53,876 nucleotides of DNA, filler included, from Mitosporidium daphniae (GCF_000760515.2; 2 parts of 2 records of this genome joined end to end with filler, not necessarily neighbours in it); one strand, 5' to 3'; numbered from the whole stretch's first letter, positions 13,301 to 27,139 are shown. Notes: generated by a model from the letters alone, not told the origin. Numbers and translations are program-made.

Positions 13301-13779
13301 GAAATGGGCGCCGTGGCATTTGGCGCGGCATTTCCCACGGCAGCAGAAGTAGAATTCTTCAGTGCGCACTCGAGCCTGTTTCTATCGTTTGCCAAAAGCT
13401 GGGTAAAGAACAACTCAACCGTGTTGGACTCGTACTGGTCATTATAAATCTTGAGGATCTGTTTTGTCGACGTGTGGTATGCGTCAATGCATGAGGCACA
13501 GAGGGAAAGTTGATTTAATGCAGAAGAACGAAACCTGTCCAACCCCGGATGCGAAGCCTGGATGGCAAACAACTTGAGCATGATCTGCATATATGGTTGG
13601 TTTCTGCACCAAAAATGGCCGTCAACTTGATGCTGATTGAAAAATTTCATGCCAGCGTCATAAAACCTACGTTCAGCCTCGAGATTTTCCACCTTTCGGC
13701 CGACAATTTCGCGATACAATTTTTCCATCTCTACTTGCAGAGATTCCCTGGACGATGGCGATCCAATGGTGTCCTCCAT
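7343..13779 (-). CDS. SEN1: Sen1/senataxin SF1 RNA/DNA helicase
   Basis: SEN1 N-terminal HFWC...[77 protein letters not shown]. Introns at 9153-9177, 8701-8727, 8138-8165. Confidence 0.93.
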
Positions 13780-13812
13780 TGAAAAATTTGGCTGTAAGTT
13801 TTATTTTTAAAT

Positions 13813-15489
<1,677 letters not shown>

Positions 15490-15767
15490 TTGGATAAAAA
15501 ATTTGATTCCAAAATTTTAAATTCTTCAAGTGAATTACTAAATTGCCCCAAATAAAAAGGTTCAAATTTACACAACCAACATACACGAGCAACAATGCCG
15601 TCCCCAAGCAGGTTTATGCGACCAATTTCACGGGTTAAAAAGCAAGGTTTATTGCAAGTGGTCACAGCGCTCAATGAAAGCAAAGAATTTTATCGCTATG
15701 GAACAGCATAAACAATATGGAGAGCTATTGCACATAAATGGATGCCATTTTGAGGATAAAAATACAT

Positions 15768-18700
15768 TTAAAAAAGGGTGCCCGTGTTTTTAAAATGGCC
15801 GATGAAAAAGTCTACGTCAGACTGATTTGGGTCAGCTAATTTAGCTTTCAAAGAAAATTCTTTACACTTTTCAAAGTCTCGAGCGGAAAATGCAATCAAA
15901 GCTAGGGATGAAAAAACTTGAGCCGATTGCTCCTAATATTATGCAAATAAACATACCAGGGAAATGCAAAGTTCCAAAGCAACCATCAAAGCATGCTGAG
16001 CTAGCAGCAAGCTGTTTTTGGTTATCAGCCATTTCCCGGTGGTCAACCAAATAGCAGCCGAGTGTTCGGGCTCCTTTTGCTCAATACATATTGCACATAG
16101 GCCTCGAAGGATGGCAAAAATACAAGGTGAAATACGATTGGAGTCAATCAAATTGCAAATGTCAAGCAAAATCAAGGAATTGGCAAGTTGAAGCCAATTG
16201 GCCACAAACTGATCCTTTTCAAGAAGGCTGATGTCGAAATATGTCTTAGTCAACAACAGAAGGGATTTGCAGTTTTTGGAAGCTAAAACAGGCAAATAGC
16301 AGTTCTTGGTTTCTTTCCTAATAGACACATGTAGGTCATAGTTGGGAACAGATGGAGATACACACTCAACATCAAGAAGATGCTTGAACAGCTTGTGCGA
16401 ATGAATGTAGAGGCAAGATTGACAGATTTTTTGGCATAAGGCTTCAAATTGAGCGGGCTTGTCTTTCTGGATGATACCAATTGCCCTGGAGTCAAAAACG
16501 GCGCTCGTAAAAGAAAACAGTTGGTTCAATAGGCGTATTTCAGATCTTTCAAGAGCAAACGGGACAAAGTCGTAGGAAATTCCAACCAGCTCAAACGAAT
16601 GCCCAACTTCACCCAAGTCAAACAACTCCCGGGAAAGTAACAATAGCGATTCAAATGAGACTAGCTTTAATTCTGCAAGTTCAGGTTCACTTAATACAAT
16701 GGGAGCTGGAATTTCAAGTGGATTGTCTTCTTCGATGAAAGAAAGATCAATTTTTTCAAGATCCTCTATGAGGGGGATAATGAATTTTAAGCACAACGCA
16801 TAGGATTTGCTTTTGAAAAGGCATGTTGCCATCTTTACGACCAAGTTTGCAAGTTTGGGGTGTTGAGGCTCAAGGGTGATCACTTTTGCGTAGCCCTTGA
16901 ATGCTGCTATGTATTGGCAATTAAGCTCATATGCATCGGCCAGTAAAAGCCATGTTGGTGCATGCAAATATTGCGATCGTAAAGCGCATTGAAGGGAGCA
17001 GATTGCATCTGAAATGGAATCGCTTGTGATTTGCGGATGGCAAAGTAGGATTTGGGCTTTGCATCTCAATAGCAAGGATGAAGACGTGGTGGGCGTATTG
17101 ATTGCCTTGACATTGGATGCTATTGAAATAGGTCTGATTTGGACAAGCAAGTTTCTCAAATCGACGATTTTATCTTGTGAATTTAGCCAATTAAAGTAGT
17201 GTGTCAGCAGCAAGCAATATGTAGAAAGTTCATTCTCCATGCCTGGGAGAAAAGATAGGGATCTAGTTGCACAGTCGGCGGCCTTTTGTATGAAAAGGGG
17301 CTTTTTATTTTGGGGCATCGTATAAATTCCCAGAAACAAGTAATACAGCGAAAACAATGAGTAGGCGCACGAAACAATGCTCTCAAATTGCAAATGAAAT
17401 CTGCATATGCCATTTTTTGGCAGCGAAGCTGTATTTTCACCAATAATGATCGATAAAGCCCTTAACGAAAGATGTAGGCGGCTATGATCTTTGAAAATTG
17501 GGTTATCAGGCAATGTAAAGGAATTCTTGGACAGAGAAAAAGTCTGCGAAAGCCTTAAAGTTTGTGTATTTGAGAGAAAGGGTCCCCCCAATAGCATCAT
17601 AGCTATTCTCAATAAAGCTAAATGGAGCACCGGCAAAAACTTGTTAAGTAGCCTAGTCACAAACTGCGTTTTTATCTGTTCCAATAAAGAAATACAAGTA
17701 GCCAAGTGTTCGGACAAGGAAGCCGTCAATATGGGTGCCTCATTTTCAAGACAATCAAAATACAACGCCCAATTTGTGGATGTCGCCGTAGTTAATGTTA
17801 AAACTGACAGCAGCGCACTTGTATATTCAGAGTTTTTGGGCACTTTAGAAAGAGCTCCAATCAAGTGGTTAACGTCGTCTCCGAAAGCCAAAGCTTTAGA
17901 TGAGTTAATAGAGGTGCATGGATGCAAAAAAGAAGCGTCAGCAAGATACAGGTCAAAAAAATAATTGACTGCCAAAAGCATTAGTTCAAGGTGGCTGTTG
18001 GTTTCATCCACATTCCACTGTTTAAACGCAGAGGGCAAAGCAACAACGGATGCCAAGGACGCACATTTTGCTATATTTTCAGGAGACTTTACGGTTGACG
18101 ACAATGCGACTGCCGCGCTTAAAGAATATAACGACACTGAAAGGGTCAGACCAAGATGCTTAAAAATGAGTACTCCATCATTTGAAATCTTGAGAAATAA
18201 GTGCTTTGTGTGCATGGTGAAAGAGTCGACCAAAATTAACCCCACTAGATGGCTAAAATAGCCGTCGCCGTTTAATAAAAGCTGCTGAGCTTTGGACCTT
18301 CCTAAAAGGCCATGCAAATAAGATTTTTTTGCCAACTCGGAAACAGTAGAGTTGTTAATGCTAGAATTTGCGTCAAGGTGATAAATTGCTTTAAAGATTT
18401 TTGAATAAAACACATAAATGTCACTGAGCGCTTTGGCATATGGATACTTCGCATTTGTCTGTACCAGCGGGTCACTGGAGCCATACGAATATCTCGCTTG
18501 GCTATTGAAGAAATCCGGAAATTTGGCTGCCACCACACGAACATCAATGACATTTGACGTTTCAATTGCCCAACAATATTGAATCATACTTTTTGAAATG
18601 TCTACCACAGAAAAGCTTGAAAAATCAAACTCCAATTCAAGGATCGAAAGCCTGTCCAAAAAGTACGAATATTCTCCATTGCCGTGTAGATGCAAATCAA

Positions 18701-19268
18701 GTTTCGTAACAAGAAATTTATATGCATCCTTTAATTCAAAACCTTGGTAAAGAAACAGCTTACAAGACAAAATGATCGACATGATTTTGCTTTTTTGCAC
18801 GTGGATCCGGTTTTTCAGCGAGGCGGACAATTCACCAAGCATAGTGTCGATCATATGCTCAATAAGGGAGGAAAAGTCTATCAAAATAAATTTCAACACC
18901 GACTTCCAAGAGGGAATGGTATTGTGAAAGGCAGCCCACTCATCTGGCCCTGAAAGAGAAAAAAGATATTGCAGATATTCGGAAATATTAAAAACATCGC
19001 TAGCAAACAAATTGTCTGAGCTTGAGAGCACACTAGTAGAAGCTTGGATTTTTTTATTTACAAGTGGAAATACCATGCTTTTGATCACAATATTAGCATT
19101 AGTTGCCAGCCTGTAAAGGGTTTCTTTAGCCTTTTCTCTGTTGGCAATGGAAAGATAGAAGCTGAAAAGCTTTTTCAAAGGATCCATCGTTAAAATGTGC
19201 TGGTTGTTGTTTTCGAGCTCCAGCAGCTTTGCAAGATCTTTTGGGCTTGGTTGCCCTTTACTCGCCAT
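15768..19268 (-). CDS. SKI3: Large TPR protein, probable Ski3/TTC37 (SKI complex)
   Basis: TPR segments SLQCALR...TWLLLADAY...AAFKGYAKVITLEP, and across intron 15933-15956 LAQHALMVALEL...SAQVFSSLAL...KAKLADP, resemble Ski3/TTC37 repeats. First ATG at 19268. Confidence 0.6.
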
Positions 19269-19334
19269 CGACGAGTTTAAAATAGGGTTCGGCAAAATAA
19301 ATTGTGGCTCCCATTTAAAATTTAATACCAGGCC

Positions 19335-19351
19335 GGGTTAGGGTTAGGGTT
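19335..19351 (+). repeat. Interstitial telomere-type repeat (GGGTTA)2GGGTT in a divergent promoter
   Basis: gggttagggttagggtt at 19335-19351, with a second ttagggttag at 19400-19409. Confidence 0.75.
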
Positions 19352-19505
19352 GATTTAATATATTTCGCTCTACACAACTGTAAATACAGTTCCCCAAAAT
19401 TAGGGTTAGTATTGTTTTTAAATTATACCAATTATCGCATTACAACTGTAAAATTTGAATCATTTTGTTCCAGAATGTTCCAAAGATAGAGTTTAAATAG
19501 CTGAA

Positions 19506-20342
19506 ATGCACATCGCATGTCTTGTAATGAAAACCTCCCTATTTCGTGTCCAGCTTTTAGCTGTGCTCTTCTCGATCTTCTTCATTTCAGCGGCCTTTAT
19601 TGACTGCAAACACGAGAATCAAAAAACAGGAAAATCTTTCCAAGGATCGTCTGCTGTTCATAGAAAAACAGAAAAAACAGCCACTCTCGATTCATTGTAT
19701 GTTCTGTGGGAAACCGTTCAGAAGCTTTTAGTTAATTCGGTCGGATCCCAAGCAGAGCAAGTTATTGATGAGATTCGTCGCCATTTTAGCGCCATCGAAA
19801 GGACTGTTGATGTGCTTGAGGCTCTTCAAGATCAAACGGTAATCAACTCTATCAACGAGTTGATCAGTACTCTGTTCACCGGACTCCAAGATGCTGTTGA
19901 ATCCAACAAGGCACAATTGGAAAAGGGCTCTTTTGTATCCAGCGAAGCATTTGGCAAGGTTTTGTCCATGTACGAGAATAGGATCATGAAGTCTTTAAAG
20001 CAATCAAGAATGCTTCCCGAGCCAATCAAAGAGCAGCTTACTAACTCCATTCCAGACTTGTTTGAAAATCTTTTGCAGATATATTCTGAAATTACCAAGG
20101 CCATTGGAATGGGAATTCCCGGTGTTATGTTGGTCACTTACTTGCCCAAGCTTATTCAGTTTGGGTCTATGGCCAGTGTGACAGTCGACACTTTTAAGCA
20201 TGTTGCAAATATTAAAACTGACGCCATGAGAGCTCTTGAAGAATTTGTCTCTGAATATCTAACTCCAGATAAGATCCAAATGCTCTCTCTAGTGCTGACC
20301 ATGTTGGTTCAAAACATGCCTGCAAGACACGACGAAGTCTAA
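19506..20342 (+). CDS. Hypothetical signal-peptide protein ending in HDEV
   Basis: Intronless 278-aa ORF with hydrophobic N-terminus (VQLLAVLFSIFFISAAF), helical composition and C-terminal HDEV. AT-rich flanks with AATAAA downstream. Confidence 0.75.
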   Translation: MHIACLVMKTSLFRVQLLAVLFSIFFISAAFIDCKHENQKTGKSFQGSSAVHRKTEKTATLDSLYVLWETVQKLLVNSVGSQAEQVIDEIRRHFSAIERTVDVLEALQDQTVINSINELISTLFTGLQDAVESNKAQLEKGSFVSSEAFGKVLSMYENRIMKSLKQSRMLPEPIKEQLTNSIPDLFENLLQIYSEITKAIGMGIPGVMLVTYLPKLIQFGSMASVTVDTFKHVANIKTDAMRALEEFVSEYLTPDKIQMLSLVLTMLVQNMPARHDEV

Positions 20343-20605
20343 TCCATTTAATCTTATTAATCTTTTAATAAATTTAGTTTTTGAACCTTTTGTTTCCATT
20401 AAAAAATCGCAGCTTTGGTTTGATTTGGCCGGTCCCAATACACGGGGCGCCATTTTGCCCTTTAAATGCACGATTAAATATTTTTTTTGCAGTGTCAAGG
20501 CAAGGGCCACCCTGAATTGCACTGAATGTTTCACCGTTGATACTAATACTGGAAATTGTTCCAATCGTGTAAGCTCATGCCTTGAATTAGGCGACCTTAA
20601 CATTT

Positions 20606-22306
20606 ATGGCGCACCTGTGGCAATCCTCTCACTCTGAGCTCATGACAGCAAAACCGACAGGGCCCCAGGCCGGCTCAACTAGATCTTCTGCTGATATTTC
20701 AAATTCAGCCCCACCTAAAGACAACAGCGAGTGTAGCAATTCGATGATGTCAAACATGGCCAATCTTTCGCTATCTTCAAGTTGCACATCCTTTTTATCG
20801 GAGGAAGACGAGCCAAACAATGAGAGTGGCGTTGAGGCCAAGCATGTTCCGCTCGTCGAAAAGCTTGTCAACTTGATGGCAATACTTCCGGGCTCCATGA
20901 TAGCTTCAATGCTTCCCGTGGTCAATCGCTTTTCATTGCGAACGGTCAACATTGTATCTCTTCTTAACAACCCGATGCTTCGCCATCGGTTCTTATTTAG
21001 CGTGGATCTGGTCTTTAAGCCACTGGACACTTCAGAGGACGGTTCTGATGAATCCTTCTATTGGGAAAAGGTCCGGAACGAAATTGAATGGCTGTTAATT
21101 TGGCAAGCAAATGGAGTAAAACCTCCGGAGCTATATGAAGAGTATCACAACATTCCGCTCATTTACATCCCGTTGTTTTTGAACGAGATGCGGGAAATCT
21201 TGTCTGGAATTTCTTTTCAGAACCAAGAAAAATTCCCTGCATACGAGTTGATAGAGTCGGAAAAGATCATCGGCCTTTTGGAATACGGACTTCCCATTCC
21301 GTTTTACTCCTTCCTGCCGGCTTTGATATCTAATTTCTACTCTTCTTTCAGGCTTTTGTGTAAAAAGAATGTTCCAATTGTTGCTGGGCTTCCCGTTTAT
21401 GAGCTGCTCGATCACATGCTCAAAATGGCATACCAAATGCCGGATTCTTCTGACGAGTATGTTTATTATTTAAGAGCCTTCATGGAGATCGTCGAAACAC
21501 TAAAGTTAGAGTCTGTAAACGTCCATTTGCGAATACATCGAAGCGTTTTGATTGACATCATCTCAAAGTATGAGTATGAGTGCATCTCAGGCTCTGCCAC
21601 ACCCAAGCTATTTACCATTCTCAAGAACACGCTGAGCGAAATAAGAAATGCAAGGGTCGACGAAATATTTTACGAAATGGTGTGGAAAATCACAATCTTT
21701 CACATTTCTTTTGCGGACATTCCAGAAACATTCCAAGAAGACTTGCTGCTGTTCAAAAATGCCGAACGCTCTCTAGATCTAATTTTACGGATTTTCATTT
21801 TCCTTCATTGCCTGAAGGAAAGGACCGCCGTTTTGAACGATGAATTCGTCAAGTTTGTTACGACCCCCAATGGCTTCTTTACAAAGCTACTGACGTCCTC
21901 GCTGAGCGAGCAAAAAAGAAACTTTCGAGCTCGCTGCTTTTCCTCGCAAAGGTTCGAGGATGCCTTGTATTTGTCTGTTCTTGGGGTTTTGAAAGAATAT
22001 CCGATCGGAAGCTTTTCGCTCACAGAGCAGGATATAAAGGCTGCAATCTGCATTTCCCTCACATACTTTAGTCCCATCCACCAGTCGAGGCTGTTTGCAA
22101 TTAGCAAGCTCAGACTAAAGCCGATATTTATTTCTTTTTTAAGGGGCAATGACCTTGCGTGTACTAGGAATGGCCAAATAACGCAAAGTCTCGAACCGAT
22201 CATCGTCGCTAGCTTTTCTCAACTTAAAGCCGTGGTAACGTACAACTTTAAAACCTTTCACGAATACTACTCGAGGCTCGTTGAAGAAATTAAACTCGAT
22301 GAATAA
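20606..22306 (+). CDS. T-complex 11 (TCP11/SOK1) family protein
   Basis: DLVFKP, FYWEKVRNEI, LFLNEMREIL, RAFMEIVETLKLESVNVHLR...YE and IPETF follow the Tcp11/Sok1 pattern. Confidence 0.65.
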   Translation: MAHLWQSSHSELMTAKPTGPQAGSTRSSADISNSAPPKDNSECSNSMMSNMANLSLSSSCTSFLSEEDEPNNESGVEAKHVPLVEKLVNLMAILPGSMIASMLPVVNRFSLRTVNIVSLLNNPMLRHRFLFSVDLVFKPLDTSEDGSDESFYWEKVRNEIEWLLIWQANGVKPPELYEEYHNIPLIYIPLFLNEMREILSGISFQNQEKFPAYELIESEKIIGLLEYGLPIPFYSFLPALISNFYSSFRLLCKKNVPIVAGLPVYELLDHMLKMAYQMPDSSDEYVYYLRAFMEIVETLKLESVNVHLRIHRSVLIDIISKYEYECISGSATPKLFTILKNTLSEIRNARVDEIFYEMVWKITIFHISFADIPETFQEDLLLFKNAERSLDLILRIFIFLHCLKERTAVLNDEFVKFVTTPNGFFTKLLTSSLSEQKRNFRARCFSSQRFEDALYLSVLGVLKEYPIGSFSLTEQDIKAAICISLTYFSPIHQSRLFAISKLRLKPIFISFLRGNDLACTRNGQITQSLEPIIVASFSQLKAVVTYNFKTFHEYYSRLVEEIKLDE

Positions 22307-22318
22307 ATTTTCAATTTT

Positions 22319-24981
22319 ATGAATCCAACTGCCGTCAGGATTTATCCGCTGCCTTGTGAATACAGCCATGCGGACCTGCTATTTGATGCCAGAGTATTTC
22401 TTTCATACGAGGCGCTTGAGAGACACGATTTTATACACGGCCAAATAGTAGTTCTTGCCACATTGATAATTAGATCAATCTGTATTTTGATTCATCGTGC
22501 ATGTGTAATGGCTTTCCGGTGCAAGTGCATCTGCTGCGAGATGCTTATCCTTTTAAACNGATTTTTGAATTGAAAACTTTACCGGAGAAAAATCCAGAAC
22601 TCGAGGAATTAGCCGCTATCAACGACGACATGTCTGAGACTGGTGGTGATAGTTGTGTGCAATTTCTAATCCCATAGGCTTTCCCTTTTTTGCATCTTCT
22701 TTTTTGATCGGCAGGATTGCCTCTTTTTGGACCAACTCTGCATCGTCGTTTAAAGGCCACACGTTAATGAAATCCTTCCATTTAAGCGCATTTTTGTGTC
22801 CCGTTTACTATTTACCCAAAAGCCAACTTGTAACCGCATGTGTAATTGACTCCCTCTGCATTGGCCGGTCTGCAATGTTTGTCATTATTCCAAACACGAT
22901 TTCCATGCTTATTGAAAGTAATATATGCTTTTCAACAATGACGCGTAGGTTTTGGAGATGCGGTCCTGCACAGTTTTGCCACTTTTCTGTTGAAAAGATT
23001 TTGTGGCAATTTTCTGATCGAGAATGAGCTTTTGTGTCTCCCAATTGCGTGTACACTTTGCATTTTGTAGCTTTTAGTGGATCAGCAAGAGGAGGAGCTT
23101 TTGCGCTATTTTGAGCGAGAGCGCTTATTCGATTTGTATTTCAAACTGAAACTAATTGCCCAGCAATTTCCGTTTGACTTGATTTCTCCTTGTCAAGGCT
23201 TAAAACTAGTTTTTCGAGTTTTATCAAGCCATGCAGAAAGAAACTTTACACCTCCCTTATTAGGGAGTTGTCCCAACAATATCTTGGTCACGAAACAATC
23301 AAATTTGAAGCAATATGTGGCCAACTTTCCTCTTTCAATCAACGAAAACACGCTCAAGTTTTCAAGTTTTTTGTTATTTATTGATGGCTAGATTACGAGC
23401 CATTCATGGCTGTGATTGCTCAAATGAAAGCGAAATGCGCTAACCAATCGATTCTCCTTGAATTTGAAGATACAAGTGACGATCTTGGGTATGGCCCGAG
23501 GCTTTTAAATCTGNTGTTGGATGCATTGGGGTTTTACATCATCAACATTGGCTGCAGCAAATATTCTGGAGATATGCACCAAATTCTGAAAGATCTTTAT
23601 CACGACTTGCTCCAGACCGTTGAGAAGGTCCAACGCATTTTGTTTGGAACTGCTCTGTTCATTTTTATTGATGGATTTAACATACTATTTGAATCTTTTC
23701 TTTGTGATGGCGAACCCCACCAAGCGGGAAGGTCTTCATCCCATATCGGGGTATTCGACCAAATTGTACATTTTGTTCAAAAGCTCAAGACCGAGCTTGG
23801 TGCTGATATCAATGTTACTTTTTTTTTCTCTTCTGAAAAGCTATTCTCTTGCAAATATTCTACAGCTCTCCCACATGGCCAAGCTCCAAAATGCCTTCAA
23901 ATCGACAGAAGAGACTTTATGTGAAGCAATTAGTCTATTAGGTATGCGATATTTGTTTAACCATAGAGCTCGATTCTTCAAAAAATTCGTTACCATACAC
24001 TCTTACAGAGGTGGCTTTTGTTTCCTAAATTCTAGATACCAAAAGTACATTGGGACGACATTGGTGGGCTTGAATCAGCAAAGGACCATCTTGTCAAAGC
24101 ATTTTCAAACAAGGATCTTTCGAAAGATTCTTCTTACAGCAGAAAGGGCGTCCTTTTACATGGACCTCCGGGGACAGGAAAAACTTTGCTAGCAAAAGCT
24201 GTGGCAACCGAATTTTCCTTGCGATTTCTTTCTGTAAAGGGGCCTGAATTGCTAGATAGCTATGTTGGCGAATCGGAAAGGAATATCAGAGAATTATTTA
24301 AAAGGGCAAAAGAGATGGCGCCGTCGTTGATCTTTTTTGACGAGCTAGATTCACTTGCGCCCTCTCGTTCGCTGTCATCTGGAGGGTCTTCGTCTGGGGT
24401 CATGCATCGTCTGGTATCGCAGCTCCTGTCGGAGATCGACAACATCCCCGGCTCTGTTTATTTATTGGGTAATCGTTGCATAGAATTACAAGCTAGCTGC
24501 AACCAATAGACCTGATCTGATCGACTCGGCTCTTTTGAGACCCGGTCGTTTTGATACCAGTATTGAGTTTGGAATTATTCGAACGAAGGAGGGAATCTTT
24601 TCGGTATTAAAGGCGCTCACCAGAAAGTATGTTGCTTTAAACACCTCTGAATGTGACGATAGATTTGAATTGGGGCCCGATTCGGACGACATTTTGTGTT
24701 CGCTTGCGTGCAAGGTTTTTCTCCCAAGAACTGGTGCCGAATTGTATGCCATCTGCTCCACCGCTCTGTTAAATGCCATTAACAGAGGCATCTGTTGCGC
24801 CAAAGAGACCCTTATTAAGGGTAATGGCCTGCTTGAACAGACGGTGCAAATTAATCCGGAGTTTGAGCCGATCATTCTCAATGGCTTGGTTGCCGGGGAG
24901 AATTGCCTCACCAAGCCGACCTTTAGTGTTTCCGATTTTGTGATGGCTGCAAAGGAATTGGAAATGCTTATCGGCGGTTAA
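22319..24981 (+). CDS. PEX6: Peroxisomal AAA ATPase Pex6
   Basis: [86 protein letters not shown]. Degenerate D1 domain and several short introns (e.g. 22448-22473). 5' structure approximate. Confidence 0.82.
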
Positions 24982-25019
24982 CTGTTTAATTGTGATAAAC
25001 ATAGTAATAAATTAACATC

Positions 25020-26237
25020 TTAGACATCATTAGCTTCAACAGGCGCTTCAAGGGACGGTGGTGGCAGTGGTAATGGCTGGGGACCCTTCGTTACCAGGTC
25101 ATAGAGCGGCATTTTCTGCGATGCAAGGTACGATTTGCTTGCCTCGATATGCTTTTCATACTCGACTTTAATGCGGGCCATTTCTTTTTTGTATTCTTCT
25201 TTACGCTGGTTGGAGATGAACGCCTTTCTCTGTTCATATGACATTAGTCCCTCTCCACCATCGGCGTCGCGCGCAAGATCGGGCATAAATAGCTTTGCAA
25301 GGACTCTGTGGATGGTCGAATTATTTGCGGCAAGTCTCTGCTGGCGTAGAGATTCGTACACGCTTTTCTGCTTCTCTTCGAACGATTCGATTATTGGGCG
25401 GCCCTCATATGAGCGGATGATTGTTTGAACATCGGGAACATTTGAAAAAGCGAGAGCTACAAAATGGGAAAGCCAAACTTACTCTCCAAATACGGTAAGG
25501 CATCACTTAAGAAGGTATCGTTTGGATCATTGTTCCACGGCTCGGCCTTGATCCAGTTGTCGGGATATGTTGAAAACGAGGGATCGTGCCCAAGAACGAT
25601 GACTTTAGACATGTCTCGATTTAAACGAGAAAGATCCTTTTTATAAGTGCCATCCTCATATTTTGTTGCGAACCTGTAAAGACGATATGATATCATTTGA
25701 TAGGGGTCTAGCTTCTCCATCAATGGCTCTGCCTCCATTTGCGACATCGAGGAAAACACGACAACCTCATACATGTGGGCCAGATAGAAGAGAAACATAT
25801 CTACGCCCGGTCTTTTAGCAATGCGCCACTTTCCCAAAATGGGGTCCCAAGAATGAGAAACAAGAAATCGGTCCAAATCAAGCACAATGGTAAATGGCTT
25901 TGCCTCCGGGCCGGTTTGTGCAGCCGGAGGAAGAAGCACGTCAAAGGAGGGCTCAAAATATTTCTAAACATAAATGAACCGTTCATACTTGCAATCCAGA
26001 ATCCATTCGTCTCCAAATTCTTTTTATGTTGGGCAAGAGCCCATTTCCTTCGGAAATGCTTTCTCTGGAGTCGGTATCTCGAGGCGAGCCATATATGTAG
26101 ATAAACGATAATGTCGCGCCGGAAAATGCTCCCCACCAAAAGAGCCTTTTTATGGGCGACTTTGAAGCGGGCTCACTGCCATAAATTGTGTTGAAGGCAG
26201 CTGAAGAGAAAAGCCGTCGGGACCTGAAAAGGAACAT
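25020..26237 (-). CDS. TIM50: Mitochondrial import subunit Tim50
   Basis: Presequence MFLFRSRRLFSS, one TM helix, FCP1/NIF-like domain (TIVLDLD..LV.HSW...WRIAKRPGVD.FL, KDLSRLNRD). Introns at 25964-25988 and 25457-25482. Confidence 0.92.
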
Positions 26238-26446
26238 TGACAAAAAAAGCTTTTAATGGAACTTTTAAATTCCCAATCCCACAAGTTTAAATTTCTCAAT
26301 GTTCATTTTAACCAGCGAAAATTTTGGCAGCGTTTGGTGAAAGGCTTCCTCCCGTGTTCGATTGCTTGAAAAGCACTCTACCTTTTCAAGTGCCACTGAA
26401 GCCGAGATTGACATGGGTAGCACCGGTGCTTTTTGACGATTCTTTT

Positions 26447-27039
26447 TCAATTATTGCCAAAGTGCTGTCGGACATAACCTTTTGGAAATTTATTACTTTT
26501 TTCATACAATAAGATAAGGATTTCATAAGTTAAGAGCGTGATGGCGCTTGCTGGCAATACCTTGACAAGGTTGGGGAACAAGCCTCTGTAAAAGCCGCTG
26601 TATGACTCGTGTGTGTATACATCTTTGATCACATCGAGGACGCTTTTTCGCTCACTCCTGCTTGATATGTTTTGCAATCGTGTCCGAATAACCTTGGTTT
26701 AGTTTAGTTTAGTTGGTGATTGACAAATACCTCGTGTGGAAATATCAATATCGTAGCTATGGTTTTGCTCACAACCGAAGCTATAAGGACCGTCTGAACA
26801 TGGTTGGATACTTCCTTTGTTTCTGCACATATGTACACTAAATAGACGATGGTAAGATAGGCCGAGATAATACCGCTGGCTACTTGCTTTAAATACTCAT
26901 AAATCGGAAACTGTATTGCTGCATGAGTAACGCCAAACAACGAGGGTACCAGGCCCCTGTAAAACGCAGCAGGACCTTCATTTCTGTAAATCGTTCTTAC
27001 AGCATCTGTAAGATTTTTGTAATGATATGGAGTGTCTTT
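26447..27039 (-). CDS. Mitochondrial carrier (NAD+/FAD/folate subfamily), 5' end lost in the gap
   Basis: FYRGLVPSLFGVTHAAIQFPIYEYLK, FPHEV|IRTRLQ and FYRGLFPNLVKVLPASAITLLTYE are NDT1/SLC25A32-type repeats. Confidence 0.85.
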
Positions 27040-27139
27040 NNNNNNNNNNNNNNNNNNNNNNNNNNNNNNNNNNNNNNNNNNNNTTAATTAATTAANNNNN
27101 NNNNNNNNNNNNNNNNNNNNNNNNNNNNNNNNNNNNNNN
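27040..27139. other. Assembly gap with artificial six-frame-stop linker TTAATTAATTAA
   Basis: Runs of N flank TTAATTAATTAA at 27084-27095. Confidence 0.95.

Noticed and set aside
26325..26350. U5 snRNA loop-like GCCTTTCAC on the minus strand
   Set aside because: Mismatch to the invariant GCCUUUUAC and no closing stem.
27084..27095. Palindromic TTAATTAATTAA as a biological element
   Set aside because: Embedded in N runs; it is a synthetic contig linker with stops in all six frames.
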